From Flaccisagitta enflata (taxonomy: Eukaryota), in NCBI GenBank assembly GCA_965153355.1, contig OZ231126.1, forward strand, positions 17,360,001 to 17,424,000: a DNA stretch of 64,000 bases, written 5' to 3'. Under the pieces are notes generated by a model. That model searched no databases. It saw nothing but the letters and a program-made list of their open reading frames with translations, and was not told where the DNA came from. Position numbers and translations under genes: made by a program. Shown piece by piece: positions 1 to 16,025 of the stretch. The first letter of the stretch is position 1. The number at the start of each line of letters is the position of its first letter.

Positions 1-68
1 AAAGAAACAAAAAGAGAGAATATGAAAAAATGGTCAGAAAAGAATAAGAAAATAAAAAGACAGAAGGC

Positions 69-160
<92 letters not shown>

Positions 161-481
161 AAAAGAATTGGAGGACGACCTAAAAAGATCGAACGGAGAA
201 AAGAAATCGAAAATGAAAAAAAAATGATAAAAAAAAAAAAAGAAAAAGAAATAAAAATGTGGGGTGGCTAAGGGGGGAGGGGAGGACGGGGTTGAAAAAA
301 GTAAAGGAAAAGAGTGAGACAAGACAGAAAACGAGATAAATTGTACGTCTAAGGAAGACTGATTGGCCTGGAAAATCTTCTTATCTGTTGACTGTTGGAG
401 GCTGCGATGAATTTGGAATCTGGCAGGCAGTTGGGTTCATCGTCGACCGGGAAAACAGCCGCCAAAATACGACAGAGAGAC

Positions 482-581
<100 letters not shown>

Positions 582-598
582 GAGAGACAGAGAGAGAC

Positions 599-1419
599 CA
601 CGCATCCCAGGAACAAACCCTAGGTGGAAAAAAAAGGCCAAGTATTGTGAACCTCCTAGCCATGTTGTTCAATGTAATAGGCTACAATAAAAGCCAAAAA
701 TGAAAAAAAATTGGCTTGGAAATAAAGCATTTATAGCTTGATAATAGCTAAAATAATGCATTTTTAAGCATCTCTAATGCTAAACAAGGTAGTTACACTT
801 TCAAAAACTTCAGAAAACTACTGTGTAGTGTGGCAATCATTACTGTATAGATGATTTTACCTTGTAAGAGTAGTTGTGAGGGATATCAACCCATTTAGCA
901 AGAAAAAAAAAAGTACCAAAAAAAAACAGGAAAAAAAAAGTTTTTTTTTAGCAAGAAATTACAAATATTTTTTGTAAATAATAACAGAAAAGATACTTAG
1001 AATTGAATCTCTGACAACTAGATTAAAGAGAAGAATGTAAATCAGGGCTTAAAATGACAAAAAAAATACTGTCAAAACTGTAAAAAGCCTGTATTTATTG
1101 TTTTTTAGCAGTTTTCTAGCTTCAATTTGTGAAAGATGCTTCTGAACGAGTTGGAAGGGGTAAAAATATTATTACAGCAGCTATTGCCACACTGTTCAAC
1201 TATTTTTTCAAAGTTTTAGAAAGGAAAACTACAATTTTCAGCTTAAAAAATACTTAAAGATGGTTTATTTTTGCTGTCATTAAGCTACAAATGCTAAATT
1301 TCCAAGCCTTTATTTTTTGTTTTTGGCTCTGATTTTACCTAACACAATGCACAACATGCCTAGGGGCTTCACAACACTTGGCCTTTTTTTCCACCAAGGG
1401 TTTGTTCCTGGGATGAGTG
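599..1419. mobile_element. Foldback element with CAC..GTG ends inserted in an AG/GACA microsatellite
   Basis: catcccaggaacaaaccc / gggtttgttcctgggatg arms; inverted similarity continues for several hundred bp; agac on both flanks. Confidence 0.8.
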
Positions 1420-2665
1420 AGACAGAGACAGAGACAGACAGAGACAGAGACAGACAGAGACAGACGGAATGACAGAGAGGGCAAGTGAGTAACACACATG
1501 GGAACATGGTACCCCTCAACATACGTTACAGTTAAGGTAACAAACAAGTTAAAAAATTTACACTCAGTAGAAAAAAAATCAAAGGCCCGGGTTTCAAAAC
1601 TGCATATTTACAGAAATACCCCTTTTCTAGGCGGCGAAATCAGAGGGGGTTGAAAAGCTCGCTCGAAAAAGATTTTTAGCATATTGACTAAAGTGAGGAC
1701 GCTGAATAAAACTGTGGAAACCATAAGTCTTTAGCATTACTCGTTTTGGTGTTTTACAAACTTTTTTAATAAAAAAATGGGGGAAAAAAAGTAACACTTA
1801 TTCTACGACTACATTCTAAAACTCATCTCCACTGACATTTTTTTTAAGTCAGAGTTAACCTTCCAATGTATCATTGCGCGTCAGGGAAGAGAGACAAACT
1901 GGCTAAAATCAACAAATAAATGGACGGACGAATACACAGATGCGCAGACAGTTCATCACTTTACCAAAGGTGGATCCGACTGCATGCAGCAGGCTGTGTC
2001 ATGCAATTTAGCGCCATAGAAAAGTTGTTTTGGTGAGAGGTGATGCTAGTGTGTAACTCACTACAGCATAGTGAAACAGCAATGATGACAAGGAAATTCA
2101 CACCATAAAAATCACCCTTACATACATCTTCATCCGAGTAAAGAAGTAGATCTAGAAGGAAAAGTGATATATTTTCCAAACCAATTGGGTAACATCGATG
2201 AAAAAAAGAGTGACCATAATGTATATGAAATGCTATAGATTAAAAAAAATTTAATTGTCTGTGCTTAGGTTGACCTTTATGTCCCCGGACTCTGACTCTG
2301 AATGTAAGAACAGAAAATTGTGTCAAACATCATGTCAGTTAATTCAATACTAAAAATCGGGGTTGCTTTCATCTATTATCATTCCGACGAAATCCAAAGC
2401 AAAATTTCAAGCTCTATCCATTGGTGCCACCCCCAGAACTGTAGAGGTCAGCGTTTGGCGATGCCGATGATATCTTACAGGTAGTTGAATTCGAAATTAG
2501 AGCAAAATCAGAACCGTTTCTCGTGACTAGCTAACTTCAAGCGCTACCTTTTCAAATGCATGTATCGAAGATAAGTTCTTTCCAGAAGTCTGCTAAACTG
2601 ACCAACCGGCGAGCCATATTTCTAAATAACCATAGTTTTGTATGAATTTACTACATCCAACTTCG

Positions 2666-2735
<70 letters not shown>

Positions 2736-3611
2736 AAGAGGGTGTGTCCAAACGTAGGAAGGAAGGTCCGTAACGCGAAATTTTGGATGATGTGAAATCG
2801 GCCAAGATAGTAATTTCTGAGCACTACAGCCCCTGCCCCCCCCCCACACACACAATGCAGCTCCTGCCCACCCGCATTAGTGTCCCCGCCCACGCGTATA
2901 CTGCCCCTGCCTTCCCGCAAGCGACTTTTTATTGGCTGTGTATCTGGCCTTGTAGAACATGTCTCCAGTTTTTTTCTTTTCATTTCAGGATGAATTTGAA
3001 ATTGCAGGATCAAGATTCAAAAGATTGAAAATGACGATAAGAAAACGAAGGTACTCAAATTGAAACGAAGAAATCGATTCTAGGAAGGTGATAAGAAATC
3101 CAGATAAGAATGGAGAGGAGGAGGAGGAGGAAGAAGGGGAATGGGAGATGGTGAACCTGATAACCAGATGGAAATTTCGAATGGCTTTCTACATCTATTT
3201 CATGTAGAAAAAGATAAGGAAAATGAAGAAAAAAAGGAGTACAAAGAAAAGGTGGGTAGTGATAGGTTTAGACGTGACAAGCTATTCTAATTCATTTTGT
3301 ACGGGTTGATATAATGTGTGAGAAAGAAACCTATGAGCGATTTGGTTGGGTGGTGCTGTTCATTTTGAAGTAAACGATCCCCTAAAAAAAACAACATCTA
3401 GTTATCTCTGTAATCCCCCCCCCCCCCTTGACCTCCTCGCACAAAAGATCTGCCCGACAAACCCATATCGTTATATAACCCAATAAGTTAACACCCAGTA
3501 GATCCATATGGAAATGGATACATCGGGAAAACATCGCTAAAACAGGCGCACAAACGCGATGGTCTCATAAAAATAGACAAAAACTTTAGCAGTCAGACGC
3601 AAACAGACACT

Positions 3612-3786
<175 letters not shown>

Positions 3787-4470
3787 CAGAGAGAGAGAGA
3801 GAGAGACAAAGAGAGAGATTTCCCCGATGTTTCTGGGCGATAACGCGGCGGCCGGAGCTTCGTTGTTGGATAGAGATAGCGATAATATTAAAGCGCAATT
3901 GAGACTCGCACTTGGTAACTTCGTTGGTGCTCCTAGACCCATTGGGATTGGGCGATAATGTCGGTCAATCAGAACAACCTTTCGGTGTTTTGATTAAGAT
4001 GGTGAGGGTCCTAGGGTGGTCATTAGGCGGTCATCGTTACCCAATAGGAGTGCCATTCCACCGTTTGGCATCTTTGCGTCATCTGGCCACTGAAAACACG
4101 TTAATTATTGTCAGGATCTGTAAAGGGTTTAAACTAGTTTTATCTGCTTCAGAATTCAGACAAAGCCTGTGTCGTTAAACTAGGCGATGTCAGTCAAGAG
4201 AAATTCTTAGGCAATGGATATGGGGACAGTCAGACATACGTGACTTGCTATGGTGCAAATTCATACAGTTGGGCAAGTTAGCTTGACTTTCTTTCGGAGA
4301 CAGGTAGAGTATTAACGACGTTTTTTTTTTTCTCGAGTAGCTTTGAAGTTGATTTTACCAAGGCTGTTTTTTCTTCTTTGGATAAATAGTCATCTGTAAT
4401 GACTATTGATCATTTCAGAAAAACTAACATTTTCAATAAAAAAAAAAACCTGTATTAAAGCTTATAGAGC

Positions 4471-4778
4471 ACCAGGTATTCTGTAACGTGAAACAGTGAG
4501 ATTAAACCCCAAGGTTGCTTGGAATAGCTTGGGTTCTGCTCGGGGTTGCTCAGGGTTGCTCGGGGTTGATGTTAAATATCATTTATATTAATGTACTCAT
4601 TGTTTCTAACAGTGCACCCCCAAGCAATCCGGAGCAAACCCCAGTAACCCCAAGCAAACCCTGAGCTTGGGTTGCTTGGGGTTTACTCGGGGTTTACTTG
4701 GGGTTCAAACCCAAGCAACCCCAAGCAATCCCCGGGGTTTAATCTCACCCCAGATTACGGGGTGTAGAGTTACCTGGT
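4471..4778. mobile_element. Small foldback element with internal ~10-bp repeats (ggggttgctc / aaccccaagc)
   Basis: accaggta / tacctggt ends and gtgagattaaacccc / ggggtttaatctcac; no clear TSD. Confidence 0.7.
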
Positions 4779-5261
4779 TGATCTAAGACGATTGCCTTTA
4801 TCTCTTATAGAAGATATCTTTAAGGTTGAAAAGCACAAAATGGGAAAGGAAAACTATTGTTTTTTGTTTCCTATAAAAATTAAAAGTTGCTATATCTTTA
4901 AAAAAATTTGATGATGCAATCTGAACACTGTAGAGCATTGTTTCAATGATCAGAAGTTTTCTGCAGTGTGGGGGTAGAGTGAAAGGTATATCATGAGTCA
5001 TGCTGCTGACCTCCATTTAAAACAACCCAAACCTCACATTGGAACCTCCATCATCACCATCACTCATCAATCTTGTCTCGCCTCCCCCCCTCCTTTTCTT
5101 TCATTTGAGAAATTCGCATCGCCAAAGATTGAACTCTCAAAAATGAAACTCTTCGTCTTGATATCTGGCGCTGATAACACAACAAAATCTTGGACGCCGA
5201 GAAATCGATTTTGCCCGTCTGATAAGCAAAGGGAGACCTTACAGCCAAGTGGGAGAGGGAG

Positions 5262-5530
5262 AAGAAGAAGAAGAAGAAGAAGAAGAAGAAGAAGAAGAAG
5301 AAGAAGAAGAAGAAGAAGAAGAAGAAGAAGAAGAAGAAGAAGAAGAAGACGCAGAAGAAAATGAAGAAGAAGAAGAAGAAGATAGAGAGAGAAACAGGCA
5401 AAAAAACAAAAACAAAACAAAAACAAAAACAAAAACAAAAACAAAAACAAAAACAAAAACAAAAACAAAAACAAAAACAAAAACAAAAACAAAAACAAAA
5501 ACAAAAAAAACAAAAACAAAAACAAAAACA
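5262..5530. repeat. (GAA)n followed by (AAAAAC)n microsatellite
   Basis: Direct reading of the sequence. Confidence 0.95.
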
Positions 5531-6201
5531 ACGCTTTTGCATAGATTAACATCTATCTGCCATTTTTAAGTTGCAAACATTGTCATCACTGTTGTATTTT
5601 TAGAAAGGAGAAGTTGCGTACTGGTCACCTTAAAAGAGGAGTGAAACTTTAAAGTCAGCATAAAGAAAGTTCTCTATGAAGTAGATCTGATGGCGTTTTG
5701 ATGTGTATTTTGTTTTTGTATTTTTATCTTTTTTACACAATGTAGCTAAATGGTTGATTGACACAATTCTTTAACAAGCAGCAAAATTCAAACAGCCGCT
5801 TTTAGCCGATTCACGTTTTTGCGGCTGAAAAAGCAGGACTCAAACCTACATGAAGATCTTCGCTCCCAGTGCCTACCTTCGGCAAAGGAACCCAAAGGTG
5901 CTTTTATAAATATTTTTGTTACAATTGAGTTATTGACACGCCTCGCGCACCTGTGTGCACTTTTATCTGTTTCTTGGTCGGTCAAGCTTTGATCCAATAA
6001 GATGTCGGTGGCATCTGTTAATCTACTTGGCTCTTATCAGTCGTGGATATGAATGGTTGTTAAATGAGTTTATTTGAAGATAAATTAGTTTATATGGCGA
6101 CTTCCCACACTTGATGCAAAAAAAAAATCATACTGTCGTTGCTGTAAATTCATGTGCGTAAGTAACGGTTAGCACTTATCTCAAAAACGTTTGGCGTCTC
6201 C

Positions 6202-6309
<108 letters not shown>

Positions 6310-6713
6310 ATAAATAAAAAAAAAAAAAATCATAAAAGGAAATTTAGAATTCCACAGATTTTTTTTCGAGATATATCTGAAAACTTATCATGCATAGAAG
6401 ATAAAATCAAAACTCTGTTTTTCAACTTTCTCTTTGGTTTTTATCTTTGGATAGTTTTTTGAAATCGTGAAGGAACAGAGAGAGAAAGAGAGAGTAAAAG
6501 AGAAAGAGAGAAGAGAACACAGAAACAAACAAAAAGTCATGCGTCCATACATCGAGCGATGGGCGCAAGTATATCATTTAAAGTTACTTAATTTTGATAT
6601 GCTCAATGACGCGCTTAGAATTCATGGTCACCAAATAGAATTTCATCGCGACCATTACCGCGTCCTGACCGGCGACCAGCTGGGCTCTGTTATGATGAGG
6701 ACAAAGTCGCATA

Positions 6714-7057
6714 CCGTATTTTTTCTAATTAGCGCCCGGGCGCTTTTGAAATTGAAATATGACTTTGCTTTTTAACCATCCGATTAGTACCTCCTTTGTA
6801 TTGAAGATAAAGTGTGATTCAATGATTCTTTTTTATGAAAAGTTATCAAATTGCTAAATTTGACTTAAATTTCAAATAGAGATATTCATTGGCATCATTG
6901 CATATATCTGTTTGAAAGTCAGTAAAAATGGCTCATTGTATTGTGTTTTTTCATCAATTAACTCAATATGTCTGTCCAAATCTCTTCTAAAAAGTGTAAC
7001 ACTGAGAAAAAAAGGGGGGCGCCAATTGGAGGGGGCGCTAAATGGAAAAAAATATGG
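6714..7057. mobile_element. TA-flanked MITE (pogo/Tigger-like ends)
   Basis: ta|ccgtattttttctaattagcgccc / gggcgctaaatggaaaaaaatatgg|ta. Confidence 0.65.
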
Positions 7058-7245
7058 TATCTATTTTTCTTTTGTATTCAATCTATGATACTTTTTCTGC
7101 CAGGACGTGACTGGTGACAGGTGGGGTTTAAGATGGGGATAAGGATGGGGTCAGGTCAGGTCAGGGTTTTTAAGGTTTGGGCTGGGGTTAGGTGTGGGGT
7201 GGGGCTGTAGGTGGATTCTTGAAAAAAAAAGAGCAAAATGTTGCT

Positions 7246-7423
7246 TTTTAGTCGCGTGCACGCGACTCTTTAATCCACTATGTTGGTCGGTCGGTTAGTG
7301 GACCTTAGCTTTTTCAGGGTTTTCGTGCACCTTAAGCATTACGGCTCCTGCCCAAATGCTTGAGTTAGCCTTAGCTCCTGCCCACCCGCACGCGACTTCG
7401 GTAGCCGTGTATCCGGCCTTGTT
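7246..7423 (+). mobile_element. DINE-1/Helentron-associated (HINE)-like element, type A; other copies at about 12910-13110(-), 29808-30136, 36933-37070(-), 40845-41047(-), 45275-45653
   Basis: T-run, hairpin AGTCGCGTGCACGCGACT, (GGTC/GTCC)n, cctgcccacccgcacgcgact, end gtatccggccttgtt; no TSD, sits in T-runs. Confidence 0.75.
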
Positions 7424-9622
7424 TATATCGAAATCCGAATTGGCCCCGCAATTCAATTTTTGGGAACCTCAAATAATGTGCTTAGAAACTGTCTGACGTA
7501 TGAACTGGAATGACGAACAATGCAATGGCAATTCAATCGAGCCACATTATGATTCAAGTTGCGTGTCAATGCTCAGAAGGGAAAACAGACTAACGGCTGT
7601 ACAGACAAACGGACAGACTCATAGATGGAAACACTGAGGGAGATAGAGAAACAAAGACAACAATGCGCTTTTACTGATTCATATATTGGCTTAGATTTCC
7701 TATCTTTTGCATAAAATCCTGTGTAAATCACGTTATCTATAGTTTTCAATATTTTATTCCAGATAAGTGTGAATTGATATAAAGCAGAATTCTTTTTTTT
7801 TTTTTGCATTATCTCGGAACGCCAAGATTATATGTGTTTACTGAAAACGAAATCCAAACAGAAAAAAACTAGTCATCCAAGGATCGCCCATGATCAGCGG
7901 TACCCGATGCCCTGCTTGGAGTGATTAAGTGAAGTAGTTGAGTGAGAGCAAGGCAGCGGCCCCAAAGGGCCGATGTCCTGTGGGACACAGGGGGTGGATT
8001 TTGAGACATCCTGAGGCGGATTTGAAGTTGGGATGGCAGAATTTAGTCCAAAAGAGCAGATTTGAGGCTTGGGGGGTAGGTTTGAGGCTTAAAGGACAAA
8101 TTTGAGGCCTGAAGAGTTGATTCGAGGCTTGGAGGGCTGATTTGAGGTCTTGAGGGCAGATATGAGGTCTGGAGAGCTGATTTGAGCTCTTGAGGGCTAA
8201 ATAGAAGTCTGAAAGGGCTAATTTGAGAGCTCAGAGGGCTAAAATCAGGCCTGAGACTGCAGATTTGAGGCTCCGATGGCCAAGAGGAGGGGGAAGGAAG
8301 GACAGACGGACAGAAGGACAGAAGGACGGAAGGATGGAAGGACAGACGGACGGACGGAAGAAATTCCCCCCTGTGTCCTACAGGACATCGGCGCATTGGG
8401 GCCGCTGCCCAAAAAGGGAAATGGCCGATGACTTTTTTTCATTTTTTAATATCTGCCCTCCTGCCTGCTTGACTGGTTTCCTGCTAGAATATGCTTTTGT
8501 TTATGATTGCATAGTGCGTACTTTATAGCCTATTGAAGCTTGATAGTCTGCTTGGTTAGTTGCGTGTCGTCACTTCCTCCGTCCTTCGCCATTCGCCATC
8601 AAAGCTCTTGAGAAAGCGGCCTCAGCTTTACTGCCCGTAGTTACCCAGAGGCAATAAAAGAATCATCCCAGTTCGATTAAAACAAGCTCCTGATATCGTT
8701 TTCCGTGGACAAGTTTACTTCTATCTTCTCAACCCGGCTCCACGATTTCACCAAAATAATCGACCCTTCCCCGAAGAATGTAACCTTTACCATGCATCAT
8801 GCACTATTCACCATCACATCCGGACATTACCCATGATATCACCGCCAACCAATCCCCATCAAATTTGAGTATGGTTCACCAACTCACAAAGCAATAAGCA
8901 CGTCGTATTTTGATACAAAACCATTACGCTCGTCTTGAACATGAAGATCAACGATAGCCAAAATACTTGGTCGGCATTATTTTATCATTACCCCCGCCCA
9001 TCCGCAAGCTTCCGTTGTCTATCCGGCCTTGTTTAAGCATGTCAATGTGCCGTTTCTGAAGAAAAAGATCTAAAGACCGACCGACCGACCGACCTACTGA
9101 CTGACCCACCGACCTAAACTGTTGAATAATGCTGAAATAGCGACGAAGCCCCCCAATCATTAACCCCACCACGTCATAACATGCCCACAAAGCTCACTCA
9201 ATTCCGACCTTCATCTTGTCTCGTGTTTTTGCCATCGTCTTCCTTTATCGTTTCGTCTATCTTTTAGTCTCAGATTCTAATTTTGATCGTTTCGGCTGCT
9301 CTGTGGTTTTTTTTTCAGAACTCCCATTTTGAGCTTGGCTTTTTGACAACCGTCTGTCTGTCACTTTTGCTTCATTTCCCAAATGTCATTCCCCATTTGC
9401 CTGATTCTTAAAAAGTTTTCTCGTCGTTTTTTTATCATTGTGATATTTTCTTTGCGTTGTGATTGCGTTTTCATTTTTGTTTACGTTTACTTCTTTCTAA
9501 TGAAAGAACCCTGCTAATTTGATTGTTTTGTTTCTTTGGCGCTTATTGTTCGCTCTTAGTCTTAGGGAAAAGTAGTCCTCTAAGAAAAATTGTGGTCATG
9601 GTCACATAGATACACTCACGAC

Positions 9623-10566
<944 letters not shown>

Positions 10567-11944
10567 CTCACGACCAACAAAACCTAGGAGAAGGTTTGAC
10601 GGATTTGGATTGGAAGCTTGAAGTAGTATTACATTTTAAGATACCTTACCTACACTGAAAATATTGTGATTTTGGAAACAAAGAAATTAAACACTCTCAG
10701 CATGTGTAAAATCTTTCTTAAAAAAAAGAAAAGGAAAACTTCCATATGCGTGAAACTTACGTTTGAGAAGCGGTTTCGGGTTGGGTTGTTTCCTTCGCGA
10801 CATGATCCTTAAAAGTCTCCAAAGTTCGAAGCTTTTTTTGAGAGAATATTCTTTCTCTTGCTAGTTTGCAACGAGTTCCGAGGATGGATTCCTCGTCATT
10901 GCCAACAAATTTAGGATAGAATTTAATCGAATCAAAACAGGAATTTAGAGAAGAGAGTCGGTCAAATAAAGTGTTATTTAGAGGCGGGAGTTGGTCAAAT
11001 CACAGTCTTCACAGAAGTGACTCTTGTCGACGGACGACGCTTTGGGCGAGTCCTCCATCGTGGCGCTTCATTGTAGACCCGATGCGCGGAAACCAAAAAC
11101 ATCTGCGAGGTCGAACAAACGAAGAATCGTGAGGACGATCATTTTTTGGTTAGCGCTTCTTTAGATTCCATCTGCATGATTTGAGGATTTGGCCCTGCAA
11201 CTGCGACTGCATTCGTTTTTACGTCTGCTCATCTTCTTTGCATATGAATCACATTTCATTTTTTTGCTGATCACCTTTTCGACGCGTTCCGTTTATTTAC
11301 GACAATGAATTTAGGTGAATTTCATCATTTATCACTTTCTTTGTCATTGAAGTCATCATCTGCCACGTTTCCATTCACAAATCACAATCTTCCTTATAAG
11401 AAAAGTTTTAACTCGCATGTGATGACTTTTATCCGCTTTCGTTAAGTAACATTCAATACATTTCATCCAACTCATGTCTTTTCCTAATTTTTTTTTTAAT
11501 AAGACAAAATTTCCACCAAGTGTAGGTTTCTAAAATTTTCGTCTACGTGGCGATTTCTTTTCTCTTTCCACATATTCGGGCCTTGATTATCAAACCGTCG
11601 TTGGATGTCAAAGTAAAGAAGATAAAAGTTTTTAATCAAGAAAACAAACATTTTATCTGATTAAAAATGGCCTCGCCTGTATGTATTTATCTCTCAAAAC
11701 GACGACAATGACGACGATCTGTGGACGGGCTGTGGGACGGAAAAAGGAGCAAACAGATGATTGCATACTCGCGTCTTCTTATCGCACACACACAAACACA
11801 CACTCATATATACGCGCACAGAGATAACACAGAACGGAAGGTTTGTATAACTCTTATTCAAATGAGAAAAAATGGGAAAAATAGAGATAAAAAGGAGATA
11901 GAGAGATAAAGCTGGAGAGAGGAAAAAAAATATGAAAAGAAAAT

Positions 11945-12119
<175 letters not shown>

Positions 12120-12293
12120 ATTTCAAGTATGCGTCATTGTGTAAAAAAACTAGATAAGATTTCAGGATTCTATTTATTTAAATAGATATCAATTTCTAGT
12201 TACATTGATTTCATTCAAAATCCAACTCTCGCAAACGCAAAAAATCGCGACGTAGTTTTGTAGTTTCTGCGCGTTGGAAAAAATGGAATATGG

Positions 12294-12388
<95 letters not shown>

Positions 12389-13313
12389 GGAAAGACAGAC
12401 ATACAGACAAACAGACAGACAGACAGACCGACAGTATACTCGAGGTGATATGGAGGTGCAAGAAAACCGGAAATAGAATGAAAAGACAGAGGAAGCAAAG
12501 GGAAGGTAAAAAGATAAAGAAAAGATGGAAAGAATGGAAAAAAGCAGGGGTGTATAATGTTGAGTGGCAATGATTTCTTTACCTTTTAGTCTTTGATTTC
12601 CTTCTCAAGCCGGTTGAAGAATTCTTTGATTATCTACCCCATTGACTAGATTACAGTCAAAATGATTCAAAATTGTGTTGTAAGAAGCAAATATTTCTTT
12701 TAAGAACTATCAAAAAGGTATAGTCTTCTAAAATCTTCTTTCATCTTCTTTTCTACGCTTTGATTTTTACCCCGTCTTAGAACCTTTCAGTTATTTTAAC
12801 AACCCCCCTGGAAGGGGGGATGCTCCACTTCAATCACCCCTGGAAAAAAAGTCAAGGAAAGAAGATAAAAAAGGAAAGATTAACTTATAAAAAGAGCAAA
12901 AAAATTCTTAACAAGGCCGGATACACGGATACTGAAGTAGCGTGCGGGTGGGCAGGAGCCATTTTTTAGGTCACCAGACCATTTGGGCAGGAGCAGTGAG
13001 GTCAAAGAAATAAAATCATAAAAAAAGTAAAGTGTGACCAACCAACCGACCGACCGACCGACCGACCGACGGACAAAGCGGGTTGTAGAGTCGCGTGCAC
13101 GTGACTAAAAATGAAAAAGCAGAGATATGGTAGAAGCAAAGGAATGATGAGAAAGTGCCAAATGAAGGGAGAAAAAGCAAAGTTAAAAATAATGAAGAAA
13201 ACGGAATCAGCAAAACGAAGTACACAGACGAAGGAAAGGCAAACAAATGACGCGGGGTCAGAATATCGTTACGGACGGGTGGGCAGGAGCGGCCAACCCC
13301 CATCCACACCTAA

Positions 13314-13906
13314 CACCCCTTCCATAATTAGGGGAACTTGGATGAAAACGCGCTGTTTAAGGGTTGATAAATACGAGTATGATCAATTCAGACGATCTGA
13401 AACATCAACATCGGTAGATCACATCAACATAATGCAAAAAATGACTCAATAATGTAAACGGCTATTTCCTTATGAGCTCAATTACGCAAAATAGTGAATG
13501 GTCGCGTAAGGGCCCTCTTTTGCCGTGATTACAATATGTCACCTTCTTTTCCTGGGCTTTTGTCAGTTTACTCGGCCTTCCCTGCCCCTCCTGCGCCACT
13601 GACTCTCCTGCATCTCCTTTTGATGTATGGCGGTTTTTTTTTTTGTATCCCATCTGCTTAAAATGTTGGAAGCTATACATGTTCCCCTTTGAAACATTTT
13701 TCCCGTAGAAATTGGCAATAATTTGATGCCGCACTTCTGGTAAAAGACCCTCTATCTCCCTCTTCATGCAGGAAAGTCCCCAACATCGCTTTTCTACGTC
13801 AAAGTACTACGTCTTAGCTATCTCTGTATCAAATTTCATCACTCTGAGTGCATTTTTACGACCTCTATGGATTATTTTACCAGTTCGCTTAATCATGGAA
13901 GGGGTG
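13314..13906. mobile_element. TIR element (CAC..GTG; ctaa/ttaa flanks) carrying a decayed transposase-like N-terminal fragment
   Basis: caccccttccat / atggaaggggtg ends; internal minus-strand ORF 13462-13767 contains GQGRPSKLT, resembling the GRP linker of Tc1/mariner DNA-binding regions. Confidence 0.6.
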
Positions 13907-14130
13907 TTAACGTCCCACCCAACCCTCTTCCCAACACATACACATAAAGCTTCTAAAATGCTCGTTTTCCCACTTTTCGACTCATGCTGACGGACGGACG
14001 AACCGACGGTCCGACGGACCGACGGACGGACAAAGCCTCTTATAGAGTTGCATGTCCGCAACTAAGAATGAAGGAAAACAAAAGGTAAACGAATGAGCGC
14101 AAAAAAGTTGCCAAGGAAGAGAATAATTAA

Positions 14131-14341
14131 CACCTGTTAAAGTATTATTGTCACAGCAACATTTACAGTAAAACTATAAAAAGCGCACTTTTAGTTGGCC
14201 TAGTAAGATGAAATTTTTACTGAAGTGTCTTGATACCTTTGTGCTATTATGGTTCAAATTTCATCCGACTGGGCCAATTTGAAGTATGCTTTGTATGGAA
14301 TAACTTTATTTGCCGCTGTGACAATAATTGTTGAACAGGTG
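14131..14341. mobile_element. MITE with TTAA TSD and CAC..GTG ends
   Basis: ttaa|cacctgtt..attattgtcacagc ... gctgtgacaataat..aacaggtg|ttaa. Confidence 0.8.
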
Positions 14342-14485
14342 TTAAAAAAAGACGGAAGAAATAAGGAAAAAGATCGCGCGCTTCCTTGACGGTGAGAAAA
14401 ACGCGAAAAGCGGAGAAACTAGAAAATGGAAAAGAAGAAAAAAGAAAAAGAAGAAGAAGTAGGAACGACCAACAGCGCGTTGCGC

Positions 14486-14599
<114 letters not shown>

Positions 14600-16025
14600 G
14601 ACAGACAGCAGAAAGAGAGAAAGAGACAGAAAGACAGAGAGAATCTTGAATTTAGGCCTTGAGCTTAGAGATCACAAAGAAATGAACCTGAGTTTAAGGC
14701 CTTGACCAAAGAGTTGAGGTCTCAGAGCTGATGTTGCGGATTTTAAAAGAAATATCTGGCAGACGGAAAACCAAGCCTCTGAAAAATGAGAGAAAAATAA
14801 CAAATCTGAGCTTGATACTTGCGGCTCAAAGAGGTCATGCTCCAGAAAAGGAAAATGCAAATAGAAAAATTGTCGCAAAAGCATTAGATGGTCAGCGATA
14901 CCCGTGCCCTGCCTATGTAGGTTGCGGTTGAAGTCAAAGGGGAAGTAGGGCAGCGGCCCTGACGGGGTCAATGAGCTTTGTTTCCACACATATGGGGAAT
15001 TTTCTTCTTCTCCTCCTCCTTCTTTTTCTCCTCCTCCTTCTCTGTCGCCCCCTCCAATCCCAGTCTCATGGCCCAAATTCCAGTCTTTAGGCCCAAGTCC
15101 CAGTCTCAAGGGCCAAATTCCCACCTCGAGGCCCAAATCCTAGCCTGGAGGGCCAGATCCCAATCTTGAGGCACAAATCTCATTCTTGAGGTTAGGATCT
15201 GGGCCTCGAGTTTGGGATTTGGACCTCAAGGCTGATATTTGGGCCTCAAGGCTGGGAGCTGGCCCTCTAGGCTAGGATTTAGGCCCTACGGCTAGGATTT
15301 GAGCCTTGGGGATATGGCCCTCAAGACTGGGATTTGGTCCTCAAGACTGGAATTTGGGCCTTGAGACTGGGATACGAGAGGGGGTACGTAGAAGAAGAAG
15401 GAGGAGGAGAGGGAAAAAATTTCCTATATGTGTGAAAGCATAGGTCATCGACCCCTTTCGGGGCCGCTGCCCAAAAGGAACTTTTTAGGAAAGTAAATCA
15501 ACATTGTAGTGTCTAGTGAAATGGGTAAAACGTTTAAATTGATTAATCGATTGATGATAATCCGTCAAATGTGGTAGATGCGCCGCTAGATATTTTGTTA
15601 TTCAGTTGAGCACCCGCTTTTAAGGCATGCCCACCCATAAAGCATAGAATTTGCGATCCCAAAAAAGATTTTTTTAGATTTTGTAGTTTATTTCCGGATT
15701 TGTAGATTTTGTAGTTTATTTCCGGATTTGCAATACTAAGTAAGGCAGCTTCCCTGTGAGGCATAATTTTGCCCAATCCTTACACATGCGTCCTGGTGTG
15801 GCAAAGCTCAACAATTTAAAATGCCGTTGAATGTTCCAGAAAAAAAGTTTTATTCGATAGATTCAAAGACGGAAGTCCAATTATTATCGATTGACGTCTT
15901 AAGAAGTAAAAGCCCACCGAGGCTCGATGAAAATCGCAAAACCCCTGCACGCGGAGCAACGCTGTAAGTCCGACAGCACATCTACGTACGTCTTGTCGAA
16001 CCATTGTTTTCATTGATTTGTATTG